Origin: Flavobacteriaceae bacterium
Lineage (GTDB): Bacteria; Bacteroidota; Bacteroidia; Flavobacteriales; Flavobacteriaceae
Direction: 5' to 3'
DNA length: 32,000 nucleotides
NCBI GenBank assembly: GCA_965224465.1
Contig: OZ245049.1
Coordinates: 1,590,001 to 1,622,000, forward strand
Shown here: piece after piece, positions 8,362 to 17,296 of the stretch
How positions within the stretch are numbered: position 1 is the first letter of the stretch
How the letters are laid out: every line of letters begins with the position of its first letter
The notes under the pieces: generated by a model
The model's input: only the letters and a program-made list of their open reading frames with translations
Databases searched by the model: none
What the model was told of the DNA's origin: nothing
Program-made: the position numbers and the translations under genes

Positions 8362-10638
8362 CTAAGCGTTTACTGCCAATGTTTCAATTGATATTTCAGT
8401 ATCTGATTCATCATAATATTTACATTCCGTCTGACTTTTATAAACTCTAATCACCTGACCTCTAAAATTAATTTTAAACGAATACGATGTCCATTCTGCT
8501 GGAATTTGAGGGTTGAAGGTTAATTTACCATCTTCCCAAACACGCATCCCTCCAAAGCCTTGTACAATTGCCATCCAAGTTCCAGCCATACTTGTAATAT
8601 GACATCCTTCGTGCACTTCCTGGTTATAATCGTCCAAATCTAAACGAGCCGTACGTAAATATTGCTCATACGCCTTAGGCATACGGTCAATATAAGCCGC
8701 CATAATAGCGTGTACACAAGGAGACAATGACGATTCATGAACGGTCAATGGTTCATAAAAATCAAAGTGCTTCTCGATGGTTTTTTTGTCAAATTTATTT
8801 TCAAAGAAGAACATCCCTTGCAATACATCCGCTTGTTTGATATAACAAGAGCGTAAAATTCTATCCCAAGACCATTTCTGGTTAATAGGACGGTTTTCTA
8901 TTGCTAATTGTTCTACAGGAATCAATTCCTTATCCAAGAAACCGTCTTGCTGTAAATACACACCTTCTTTTTCACTGTATGGTAAATACATGTTACTCGC
9001 AACAGCTTTCCACTTCGCCAATTCGGCATCTGTTAAGTTTAATTTCGCTAAAATGGCGGTGTATTTTTCTGGTGTTTCTTTTTTAATACGCACTAATGAT
9101 TTCATGGTGTACTCAATACTCCATTGCGCCAAATAGTTGGTGTAAAAGTTATTATTTACATTGTTTTCGTATTCGTTTGGACCTGTAACTCCTAAGATCA
9201 CAAACTGATTTTTATCCATAGAAAACGTCGCTCTTTGTTGCCAAAAACGAGAGACTCCTACCATTACTTCGATTCCAAAATCACGTACATAATCAAAATC
9301 TTGTGTGTAATTTACATAACTGTAAATCCCATAAATCATGGCACCGTTACGGTGAATTTCTTCAAAGGTAATTTCCCATTCGTTGTGACATTCCTCACCA
9401 TTCATGGTCACCATTGGATACAAAGCTGCACCGTCAGTAAATCCTAATTTGGTAGCATTTTCAATGGCTCTATCTAATTGGTTATAGCGATACATCAATA
9501 AGTTCTTCGCCACACCCGCATCTTTGGTACTCATATAAAAAGGAATACAATACGCCTCTGTATCCCAATAAGTACTTCCTCCGTATTTTTCTCCTGTAAA
9601 TCCTTTAGGACCAATATTCAAGCGCGCATCTTTCCCTAAGTAGGTTTGGTTTAATTGGAAAATATTAAAACGGATGGCTTGTTGTGCTTTTACATCTCCT
9701 TCAATTACAATATCCGCCATTTCCCAAATGGTTGCCCATTCAGTAATTTGCTCTGCTAACAAAGCATCGTATCCTGTACTTGCAGCTTCTTGTACATTTT
9801 TGTACCCTTCCGATACAATCGCATCTTCCGCATGGTTCAAAGAACTTGTGCTAGAAGCATATTTGTACATGGTAAGCGTTTCCCCTTTTGCAATCTCAAA
9901 AGTATAACTAAATGTGATTTTTTTTGGATCCAAGGTTGCCACTTTAGCAGTCGATACCGAAGTTCCATTCTTTTCAAACTCAATTTTCATAGCAGTAGCC
10001 ACAGAAAACTCCGTTTTTAACGTTCTAGAAACAATACAACCTTCATTGTCCGTTTCTGACTGACTCAAAATCTCCCAGAAAAATTCATCGTAGTTTGCAT
10101 CCTCGTTCATAATACCTGCATCGATGTATGGAGAAAATTCAAGAACACCTTCAAAATTCTCAGCAGTTACGGAATATTTAATGGCTCCAAGCTCATCACG
10201 TTTGATACTTAAAAAACGTTGCGCTTCAACTTTAATACTATTTCCATTACTTAATTTTGCGGTAAAAGAGCGACTTAACCATCCTTCTTGCATGTTAAGT
10301 TCACGTCTAAAATCACTTAGCTCACACAAATTTAAATCCAGTAGTACACCATTTATTTTCAAGTGCATTCCCACCCAGTTAGGTGCATTTAATACTTTAG
10401 CAAAATACTCAGGATAGCCATTTTTCCACCATCCTACACGTGTCTTGTCTGGGTAATAAATCCCCCCAATATAATTCCCTAAAAAAGTACTCCCTGTAAA
10501 ATCTTCTTCAAAATTTGCTCGTTGTCCCATGGCACCGTTTCCGATACTAAATAAACTTTCCGAGGCTTTTATGTGATCGTCGTTGAAACCTTCTTCAATA
10601 ATCGACCATGCATCTGCAACTATATAATCTTTATTCAT
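8362..10638 (-). CDS. GH65 maltose phosphorylase-type glycoside phosphorylase
   Basis: 758-aa ORF without a signal peptide. Length and sequence are typical of GH65 maltose/kojibiose/trehalose phosphorylases (for example the GPNEYENN region). It sits 6 nt downstream of a beta-phosphoglucomutase gene, the classical pairing. Confidence 0.9.
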   Translation of the reverse strand: MNKDYIVADAWSIIEEGFNDDHIKASESLFSIGNGAMGQRANFEEDFTGSTFLGNYIGGIYYPDKTRVGWWKNGYPEYFAKVLNAPNWVGMHLKINGVLLDLNLCELSDFRRELNMQEGWLSRSFTAKLSNGNSIKVEAQRFLSIKRDELGAIKYSVTAENFEGVLEFSPYIDAGIMNEDANYDEFFWEILSQSETDNEGCIVSRTLKTEFSVATAMKIEFEKNGTSVSTAKVATLDPKKITFSYTFEIAKGETLTMYKYASSTSSLNHAEDAIVSEGYKNVQEAASTGYDALLAEQITEWATIWEMADIVIEGDVKAQQAIRFNIFQLNQTYLGKDARLNIGPKGFTGEKYGGSTYWDTEAYCIPFYMSTKDAGVAKNLLMYRYNQLDRAIENATKLGFTDGAALYPMVTMNGEECHNEWEITFEEIHRNGAMIYGIYSYVNYTQDFDYVRDFGIEVMVGVSRFWQQRATFSMDKNQFVILGVTGPNEYENNVNNNFYTNYLAQWSIEYTMKSLVRIKKETPEKYTAILAKLNLTDAELAKWKAVASNMYLPYSEKEGVYLQQDGFLDKELIPVEQLAIENRPINQKWSWDRILRSCYIKQADVLQGMFFFENKFDKKTIEKHFDFYEPLTVHESSLSPCVHAIMAAYIDRMPKAYEQYLRTARLDLDDYNQEVHEGCHITSMAGTWMAIVQGFGGMRVWEDGKLTFNPQIPAEWTSYSFKINFRGQVIRVYKSQTECKYYDESDTEISIETLAVNA

Positions 10639-10644
10639 TTCTCT

Positions 10645-11298
10645 CTATTTAATAAGATTGCTTAAAAAGGCATCTGACATTTGATCCATAGACTCAAACA
10701 CCGAATTCGCCTCTGCTAACACATCTTCGCTCCCAATACCGATACTTACCATCCCTGCATTGTTCGCTGCTTCTACTCCTGCAATGGCATCTTCAAAAAC
10801 AACGCAATTTTCAGGGGTAACATTTAATTTTTCAGCTCCTAGTAAAAACACTTCTGGATCTGGTTTTGCTTTACTCACATCATTTCCATCTACAATGGCA
10901 TCAAACAAGTCAATAATCCCCACTTGCTCTAAAATAAATCGTGCATTTTTACTTGCCGATCCTAAGGCAAAAGGAATCTTGTTGTCTTTTAAAAAGGTGA
11001 GTAGCTTTAAAACGCCTGGCAAAATTTCATCTGCCGTCATCTTATCTATAAACGCTAAATATTCGGTATTTTTCTTTACTAAAAACGCCTGTGTTTTTTC
11101 TTCTGAAAGAGTGACACCACCAATATTTAATATAATTTCTAATGATTTTACACGGCTTACTCCTTTTAACAATTCGTTTTGAGTTTCCGTAAAATCAAAA
11201 CCTAGTTCGTTGGCTAAGTTTTTCCATGCTAAAAAATGATATTTTGCGGTGTCAACAATAACACCGTCTAAGTCAAAAATAAAAGCTTTCTTTTTCAT
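10645..11298 (-). CDS. pgmB: beta-phosphoglucomutase (HAD superfamily)
   Basis: 217-aa ORF. HAD motifs FDLDGVIVDT, GSASKN, KPDPEVF, FEDAIAGVEAA. Located between the MFS transporter and the GH65 phosphorylase. Confidence 0.9.
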   Translation of the reverse strand: MKKKAFIFDLDGVIVDTAKYHFLAWKNLANELGFDFTETQNELLKGVSRVKSLEIILNIGGVTLSEEKTQAFLVKKNTEYLAFIDKMTADEILPGVLKLLTFLKDNKIPFALGSASKNARFILEQVGIIDLFDAIVDGNDVSKAKPDPEVFLLGAEKLNVTPENCVVFEDAIAGVEAANNAGMVSIGIGSEDVLAEANSVFESMDQMSDAFLSNLIK

Positions 11299-11300
11299 AC

Positions 11301-12677
11301 TTATTCTTCTGTAGGTTGATAGGTGATCGCTTCTTTATTGGTAATCAATAAATTGCTAAAACCTGCAATAATTAAACTGATTCCGGCAACAATCATCGCA
11401 TTAATAGCTTCCTCGCCCAAAAGACCAGAAATATAATTAATACCACCAATGGCTGCAATAATTTGAGGGATTACAATAAACATATTAAATATCCCCATAA
11501 TAACTCCCATTTTTTTAGGATCTACAGAACTCGATAACATGGCATAAGGCATCGATAAAATACTCCCCCAAGCAAAACCAATCAAAGCAAAAGACCCTGC
11601 TAAATATACTGGTGAAGGCACAAAATACATAGAGATAAATCCAAGCCCTCCTAAAAATAAGCAGAACATATGTACATATTTTCTATTGATGCGTTTGCGC
11701 GAAGTATAGAACGTTAGAATTAAAGCAAATACCATCGATGACAATCCATAAACCCCCATATAAGACCCCACTCTATTAGATGCTTTTTGGAAAGCCGTAT
11801 TGGCAACTCTATACGCATCTTGACCAACAGTAGTCGCCATATCATATGTACTTTCTAAAGGTGCTGGTGTATGAAAAACGTGTTCTGTCAATGCTGGATT
11901 TGCCATTGACCACATGGTAAAAAAGGCAAACCAACTAAAAAACTGAACCACCCCTAACCTTTTCATAGTCAAAGGCATGCTCATAATATTATCGTTGATA
12001 TCCTTTAAGAACCTATTTTTCTTTTTCTTCTCCTGTTCAAAAGCGTCCATATCTTCCGGCGGATATTCTTTGGTTGTTGTCACTGTATAAATAATACTAG
12101 CAAAAAACACCACCGCTCCAATTGCAAAAGCAACTTTTACAGACATAGGAACAACGCCTATTGCAGCTTCATCACTCACTCCTAGTTTTGAAATGGCCCA
12201 TGGCAAGTTACTTGCAATCCAAGTTCCAATTCCAATAATCAAGGTTTGAACTACAAATCCATAAGAACGTTGTGATTTCGGTAATTTATCGGCTACCAAT
12301 GCTCTAAAAGGCTCCATAGAAATATTAATAGAAGCATCTAAGATCCATAACAAACCTGCTGCTACCCATAATACGGGTGAATGTGGTACAATTAACAAGG
12401 CAATGGAGCTCAAGACGGCACCTATTAAAAAATAAGGTTTTCTTCTCCCCCATCTTGGACTCCACGTTTTATCGCTTAAATATCCAATAATCGGCTGCAC
12501 TAATAATCCCGTTAAAGGAGCTGCAATCCACAACATAGGAATGGCATCTTTCTCAGCGCCTAACGTTTGGAATATCCTCGACATAAATCCACCTTGTAGT
12601 GCAAACCCAAATTGAATTCCTAAGAAACCAAAACTCATGTTCCAGATTTCCCAGAAACTTAGTTTCTGTTTTTCCAT
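11301..12677 (-). CDS. MFS/GPH-type sugar:cation symporter (probable maltose/maltodextrin importer)
   Basis: 458-aa polytopic hydrophobic ORF. The RWGRRKPY motif after the second hydrophobic segment is typical of GPH/SLC45-like sugar symporters. First gene of the unit that continues into pgmB (2-nt gap) and GH65. Confidence 0.8.
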   Translation of the reverse strand: MEKQKLSFWEIWNMSFGFLGIQFGFALQGGFMSRIFQTLGAEKDAIPMLWIAAPLTGLLVQPIIGYLSDKTWSPRWGRRKPYFLIGAVLSSIALLIVPHSPVLWVAAGLLWILDASINISMEPFRALVADKLPKSQRSYGFVVQTLIIGIGTWIASNLPWAISKLGVSDEAAIGVVPMSVKVAFAIGAVVFFASIIYTVTTTKEYPPEDMDAFEQEKKKKNRFLKDINDNIMSMPLTMKRLGVVQFFSWFAFFTMWSMANPALTEHVFHTPAPLESTYDMATTVGQDAYRVANTAFQKASNRVGSYMGVYGLSSMVFALILTFYTSRKRINRKYVHMFCLFLGGLGFISMYFVPSPVYLAGSFALIGFAWGSILSMPYAMLSSSVDPKKMGVIMGIFNMFIVIPQIIAAIGGINYISGLLGEEAINAMIVAGISLIIAGFSNLLITNKEAITYQPTEE

Positions 12678-12758
12678 AAAAAAATATTAAAATGATTATA
12701 ACCAAAAGGGAAAATCCTTTCGGGTATTTTGGGTGTGAAGTGTGAAATTCAGTAAAGA

Positions 12759-12776
12759 TGTAAAATTTCTTTTACA
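12759..12776. promoter_or_regulatory. Inverted repeat TGTAAAA-N4-TTTTACA (operator or weak lacI-gene terminator)
   Basis: Perfect 7-bp arms with a 4-nt spacer. It sits immediately downstream (minus-strand sense) of the candidate -7 box and 41 nt past the LacI-family stop codon. Confidence 0.35.
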
Positions 12777-12779
12777 CTG

Positions 12780-12787
12780 CAAAGGTA
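12780..12787 (-). promoter_or_regulatory. Candidate Bacteroidota -7 promoter box (TACCTTTG) for the MFS-pgmB-GH65 unit
   Basis: The minus strand reads TACCTTTG, which fits TAnnTTTG. A TTG lies 23 nt upstream. The box is about 100 nt upstream of the MFS ATG. Confidence 0.3.
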
Positions 12788-12816
12788 GTAAAAAATATGA
12801 AATAGTGAATCAATCC

Positions 12817-13836
12817 TTATTTTTTTGTTGATTTTCTAATTTTCAAGTTCGTTGAGATCACTTCTTTCTTACATTCATAAGAAGTCTCGCTATTGATTCT
12901 TTTTATCAATAATTCAGCTGCTTGCTGGCCCATTAAAAACCCATGCTGCTCTACCATGGACAATGGTGGAGAAGTATATTTAGAAATCAACCCACTGGTA
13001 AAGCCCATAATAGCAACATCATCTGGAACAACAAGTCCTTTTGATTTTGCTTCCTGCAAGGCTATTGCAGCATATATTTCATTGACTGCTAAAATGGCAT
13101 CTGGAGGATTTGAACCTTCAAAAATTTTGGCTATTTGTTCTTCTAAATTCGCATCATCATCTATCTTAAAAATAAGCTCTTTGTCTATCTCTATTTCATG
13201 TTTACGCAAAGATTTCAAATACCCTTTTGTACGCAAAGCTCCTACAGAAACATGATCCATTGTCGTAAGCATCGCAATGCGCTTAGCGCCCGTTTCTATC
13301 AGATGATTTGTAGCCTTATAGGCACCTCCAATATCATCTATAATCACTTTGTCACAATTTAGTTTATCATGCACTCGATCAAATAGAACTATCGGAAAAT
13401 CATCTTCTATCAAAGAGTTAAAATGCTTGTAATCTCTATTTTCTTGTGTTTCTCTAGCAATAGAAATAATCAAGCCATCTACACTCCCACTAGTCAATAC
13501 ATTGATATTTGAGACTTCTTTTTCATAAGATTCATTAGACACACAAACCATTACATTATACCCTTTTTCGTTGGCATATTCTTCAATTCCACGAATTACA
13601 GTAGAAAAAAAATGATGTACTATTTGTGGGATAATCACACCTATCACAGATGATTTTTGATTCCTTAATTGCAAGGCTAAACTATTGGGTTTGTAATTGT
13701 AATAATTTGCAAATGCCTTAATTTTCTCACGTGTATCTTCGCCAATTTCATGACTCCCTTTTAATGCTTTTGAAACGGTAGAAATTGACACTCCAAATTC
13801 TTTGGCTATTTTTTTTAAGGTGATACGTTGTTTCAT
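12817..13836 (-). CDS. LacI-family transcriptional regulator
   Basis: 339-aa ORF. N-terminal HTH (ITLKKIAKEFGVSISTVSKALKG) followed by a periplasmic-binding-protein-like sugar-binding core. Divergent from susC. Confidence 0.9.
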   Translation of the reverse strand: MKQRITLKKIAKEFGVSISTVSKALKGSHEIGEDTREKIKAFANYYNYKPNSLALQLRNQKSSVIGVIIPQIVHHFFSTVIRGIEEYANEKGYNVMVCVSNESYEKEVSNINVLTSGSVDGLIISIARETQENRDYKHFNSLIEDDFPIVLFDRVHDKLNCDKVIIDDIGGAYKATNHLIETGAKRIAMLTTMDHVSVGALRTKGYLKSLRKHEIEIDKELIFKIDDDANLEEQIAKIFEGSNPPDAILAVNEIYAAIALQEAKSKGLVVPDDVAIMGFTSGLISKYTSPPLSMVEQHGFLMGQQAAELLIKRINSETSYECKKEVISTNLKIRKSTKK

Positions 13837-14160
13837 GTGAATGTAAATTATTTATTATCTTATAAAAAAATTGCTTTTCATTTTACATAACAATATGTAA
13901 GACTTTCTAATTTCAGAAAACGATTACGAGCTCCTCTTAATCTATATAATTAAGTTCAAGCACCTTAAAAACACAAGGAGAAATAAATTAAAAAAGCGTA
14001 TTCCAAGACAGCAACTTCAAAAAGCAAAGATACTGTATTTGACCAAATAAGAAGCTACTAAAACGTTATAACACTAGAAAAGCTCTGTAAATAAATACAC
14101 TTTATAACTATAAACCTATGATAATTATCACAGAAAAGCCTAAATAAATATATTTTTATT

Positions 14161-14168
14161 TATTTTTG
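14161..14168 (+). promoter_or_regulatory. Candidate -7 promoter box (TATTTTTG) for susC
   Basis: Matches TAnnTTTG. It lies 187 nt upstream of the susC ATG and 21 nt upstream of the palindromic operator candidate. Confidence 0.4.
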
Positions 14169-14188
14169 CATAAAACTACTAAAATTCA

Positions 14189-14202
14189 CTACAACGTTGT
14201 AG
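14189..14202. promoter_or_regulatory. Perfect 14-bp palindrome CTACAACGTTGTAG, LacI-family operator candidate
   Basis: Perfect dyad with a central CG, the usual LacI/GalR operator architecture. Located in the lacI-susC divergent intergenic region. Confidence 0.5.
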
Positions 14203-14219
14203 CGTCAAAGTTATGAACA

Positions 14220-14233
14220 CGCAATCGTTGTAG
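14220..14233. promoter_or_regulatory. Second, imperfect operator-like site CGCAATCGTTGTAG
   Basis: Matches site 1 at 10 of 14 positions, with an identical right half (CGTTGTAG). Centre-to-centre distance to site 1 is 31 bp, about three helical turns. Confidence 0.4.
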
Positions 14234-14354
14234 TGACCTCTTAAAAAACCTTCCCCTTTACTTCAATTGACTTAGTTTGTACTTTCGAAAGGTGAAATGT
14301 AAAATTTAGTAAATATCAATTATCAAACAATTTATTATTAATTAATTATTAGAC

Positions 14355-17285
14355 ATGAAAAATTTTAGAATTTTTTTAATTGCGCTACTACTAGCTCCCC
14401 TCAGCATGTTTGCACAGCAGGCGATCTCGGGTACTGTACTAGAAACATCTACTGGAACAGGATTGCCAGGAGTTAGCATTATAATCAAGGGAACTTCCAA
14501 AGGGGCTTCTACAGATTTTGACGGAAATTACACATTATCAGAGGTAAACAAAGGAGATATTTTAGTTTTTACCTATATGGGATTCCAAACAAAAAGCATT
14601 GCTTTTAATGGACAATCCATCATAAACATATCTTTAAAAGAAGATGCACAAGCATTGAACGAAGTTGTTGTTATTGGATACGGAACAGCACGTAAAAAAG
14701 ATTTAACAGGATCTGTTAACTTAATAAACTCAGACGACTTTAATAACGGCCCTGTAGTTTCTGCTCAGTCGTTAATCCAAGGTAAAGTTGCTGGGGTGCA
14801 AATCACTTCAAGCGGAGGAGCCCCTGGGGAAGGACAAGAAATCCGTATTAGAGGAACTGGTTCTTTATCTTTAAACTCCAATCCTTTAATCGTTGTAGAC
14901 GGTGTACCGATGAGCAGTGATGATTTTGGTGGTTCTAGAAACGTATTGAATTCCATCAATCCAGCAGATATTGCTAGCATGACAGTCTTAAAAGATGCGT
15001 CATCAACTGCTATTTTTGGATCTAGAGCAGCAAATGGGGTAATTATGATTACCACTAAAAAAGGAAAACTAAACCAAGAAATTAAAGTTAGTTTTAACAC
15101 AAAAACTTCTATATCTAAAGTAAATAATTACGTTTCTGTCTTAAACGCAAACCAATTTTCAAGCCTCGTAAATAATATAGGTGACCAAGATGCAATTGCA
15201 CGTTTAGGAACTGCTAATACCAACTGGCAGAAACATATTTACACAACAGCAGTAAGCAATGATAATTCTTTAAGTATTTCTGGAAGTACTGGAAACATCC
15301 CTTACCGTGTATCATTTGGATACACAGACACAGAAGGGGTATTAAAAACAGATGAATTCAAAAGAACTACAGCAAAGATATCTTTAAATCCTAAGTTTTT
15401 AAACGATGCTCTAAAAATAGATTTAAACGCAAATGGTTCTTATATTGAAAATAGATTTGCCAATAAAGACGCTATTGGAGCCGCTGTTGGATACGACCCA
15501 ACACAATCAATATATGACGCAAATTCTAAATACGGAGGATACGCTACATGGCTTGATGCTGCAACAGGAAATAAATTCAACCTAGCTCCAACAAACCCTT
15601 TGGCTTTATTAAATTTAATAGACAACACCGCAGAAGTACGTCGTTTTATCGGAAATGTAAAAATAGACTACACACTTCCTTTTATAGAAGGACTAAACGT
15701 AGTTTTAAACGTAGGATTAGACGCAACAGACAGCAATGGAAGAACTAAAACAGATGCCTTAATTCCCCATGCAAGTGAAGAATTTAAAGGAAAACTCAAT
15801 GCGTATTCAAACCGACTAGAAAATACTTTATTAGATTTTTACGCAAACTACACCAAAGAGATTAGCGATGATCAATCTTTTGGAATCATGGGAGGATATT
15901 CTTATCAAAAATTCGAGTTCAATGGAGACAACCAGGACTATGAGTATTTTAAAACCTCTGAAAACAACATTACTAAAAGTTTTGTAGACAAAAACAGAAA
16001 TGTATTAATGTCTTATTTTGGACGTGCCAATTACAATTACAAAGACACCTATTTAGTAACAGCAACCATGCGTGCGGATGCTTCTTCTAAATTAAATCCA
16101 GACGATCGTTGGGGATATTTCCCTTCTATTGCCTTGGCTTGGAATGTTAGCAATGAAAATTTCTTACAAGAGTCAAAAATAATCAATAATTTAAAATTAA
16201 GGATTGGATACGGTGAAGTTGGAAATGTAAATGGATTAGGTGATTACCAATTCTTAACACGCTATATCGGAAGTTCAAACGGAGCTAATTACCAGTTCGG
16301 AAATAAATACTACCAAACATTCAGACCGTCACCTATTAACACCGAGCTTAAATGGGAAATTGGAAACACCTTGAATGCTGGTATTGATTACAGCTTATTT
16401 GACAACCGTGTTTCTGGATCATTTGATGCTTATATTAAAACCACCAAAGATTTGATTGCCTCAAGCACTATAGATCCTTTTACCAACTTCGGTAACAGAA
16501 TAGATAAAAACATTGGAGACATGAAAAACAGTGGTGTTGAATTCAATATAAATGTAATTCCTGTAAGAACAGAAGACTTAACTTGGAATATCAATTACAA
16601 CATTTCTTATAACAAAAACGAAGTAACTCGTATGCCAGATACGCAAAACGTAGGCGGTATATCAGGAGGGGTAAATAACACCATTCAACGTCACGAAGAA
16701 GGATACGCACCTTACACTTTTTATGTTTATGAACAAGTGTACGATGCCAACAACAAACCTATCGAAGGAGTTTATGTAGATCGCAATAAAGATGGTCAAA
16801 TTAACGACGATGACCGCTACTACAGCGAAGACCCGTATGCAGACGTAATTATGGGACTCAATACTAGCGTTGATTACAAAGGGTGGGATTTAAATATTGC
16901 AACTCGCGCAAGCATTGGAAACTATGCTTATGATAATATTGCATCGTCTTTAACCTACGAAAACCGTGCTACAGAAAACAATATCTTAAGTAACTTAAGT
17001 AGTGATTATTTGAATACTGGTTTCTTAAAATTAACAGATACAAACTTGTTAAGCGATTATTATATCCAAGATGCATCTTTCTTTAAGATTGATAACATCA
17101 CTGTAGGATATACTATTCCAAAAGATTTTATTAAAAACGTAGGATTCCGTTTTTATGCATCCGCTCAAAACATTTTAACCATTACTGATTACAAAGGATT
17201 CGATCCAGAAATTTCTGGCGGTATCGATAACAACTTCTATCCACGTCCACAAACGTATCTATTAGGAGTAAATATTGACTTTTAA
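14355..17285 (+). CDS. susC: SusC-like TonB-dependent outer-membrane transporter
   Basis: 976-aa ORF with a signal peptide. Carboxypeptidase-regulatory-like N-domain (ISGTVLETSTGTGLPGVSIIIKGT...DFDGNY), plug region (NEVVVIGYGT), long beta-barrel ending in a terminal F. Followed after 11 nt by a SusD-like gene. Confidence 0.92.
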   Translation: MKNFRIFLIALLLAPLSMFAQQAISGTVLETSTGTGLPGVSIIIKGTSKGASTDFDGNYTLSEVNKGDILVFTYMGFQTKSIAFNGQSIINISLKEDAQALNEVVVIGYGTARKKDLTGSVNLINSDDFNNGPVVSAQSLIQGKVAGVQITSSGGAPGEGQEIRIRGTGSLSLNSNPLIVVDGVPMSSDDFGGSRNVLNSINPADIASMTVLKDASSTAIFGSRAANGVIMITTKKGKLNQEIKVSFNTKTSISKVNNYVSVLNANQFSSLVNNIGDQDAIARLGTANTNWQKHIYTTAVSNDNSLSISGSTGNIPYRVSFGYTDTEGVLKTDEFKRTTAKISLNPKFLNDALKIDLNANGSYIENRFANKDAIGAAVGYDPTQSIYDANSKYGGYATWLDAATGNKFNLAPTNPLALLNLIDNTAEVRRFIGNVKIDYTLPFIEGLNVVLNVGLDATDSNGRTKTDALIPHASEEFKGKLNAYSNRLENTLLDFYANYTKEISDDQSFGIMGGYSYQKFEFNGDNQDYEYFKTSENNITKSFVDKNRNVLMSYFGRANYNYKDTYLVTATMRADASSKLNPDDRWGYFPSIALAWNVSNENFLQESKIINNLKLRIGYGEVGNVNGLGDYQFLTRYIGSSNGANYQFGNKYYQTFRPSPINTELKWEIGNTLNAGIDYSLFDNRVSGSFDAYIKTTKDLIASSTIDPFTNFGNRIDKNIGDMKNSGVEFNINVIPVRTEDLTWNINYNISYNKNEVTRMPDTQNVGGISGGVNNTIQRHEEGYAPYTFYVYEQVYDANNKPIEGVYVDRNKDGQINDDDRYYSEDPYADVIMGLNTSVDYKGWDLNIATRASIGNYAYDNIASSLTYENRATENNILSNLSSDYLNTGFLKLTDTNLLSDYYIQDASFFKIDNITVGYTIPKDFIKNVGFRFYASAQNILTITDYKGFDPEISGGIDNNFYPRPQTYLLGVNIDF

Positions 17286-17296
17286 AAAAAATAATC

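Noticed and set aside
10760-11182. 140-aa ORF antisense to pgmB, and 12893-13255 antisense to the LacI-family gene
   Set aside because: Both lie wholly within genes that have clear family motifs on the other strand, and neither has independent support.
14025-14032. Minus-strand TATCTTTG box as a promoter for the LacI-family gene
   Set aside because: It fits TAnnTTTG but lies about 190 nt upstream of the ATG, and AT-rich DNA yields such matches readily. There is not enough support to list it as a feature.
14213-14233. 6-codon upstream ORF (MNTQSL) in the susC leader, overlapping the second operator-like site
   Set aside because: It is too short to evaluate, and the overlap with the operator-like site explains the sequence conservation better.
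14282-14291. 10-bp perfect palindrome CTTTCGAAAG in the susC leader
   Set aside because: A short palindrome with no partner site. Chance occurrence is plausible in a 500-bp AT-rich region, and there is no loop to form a hairpin.
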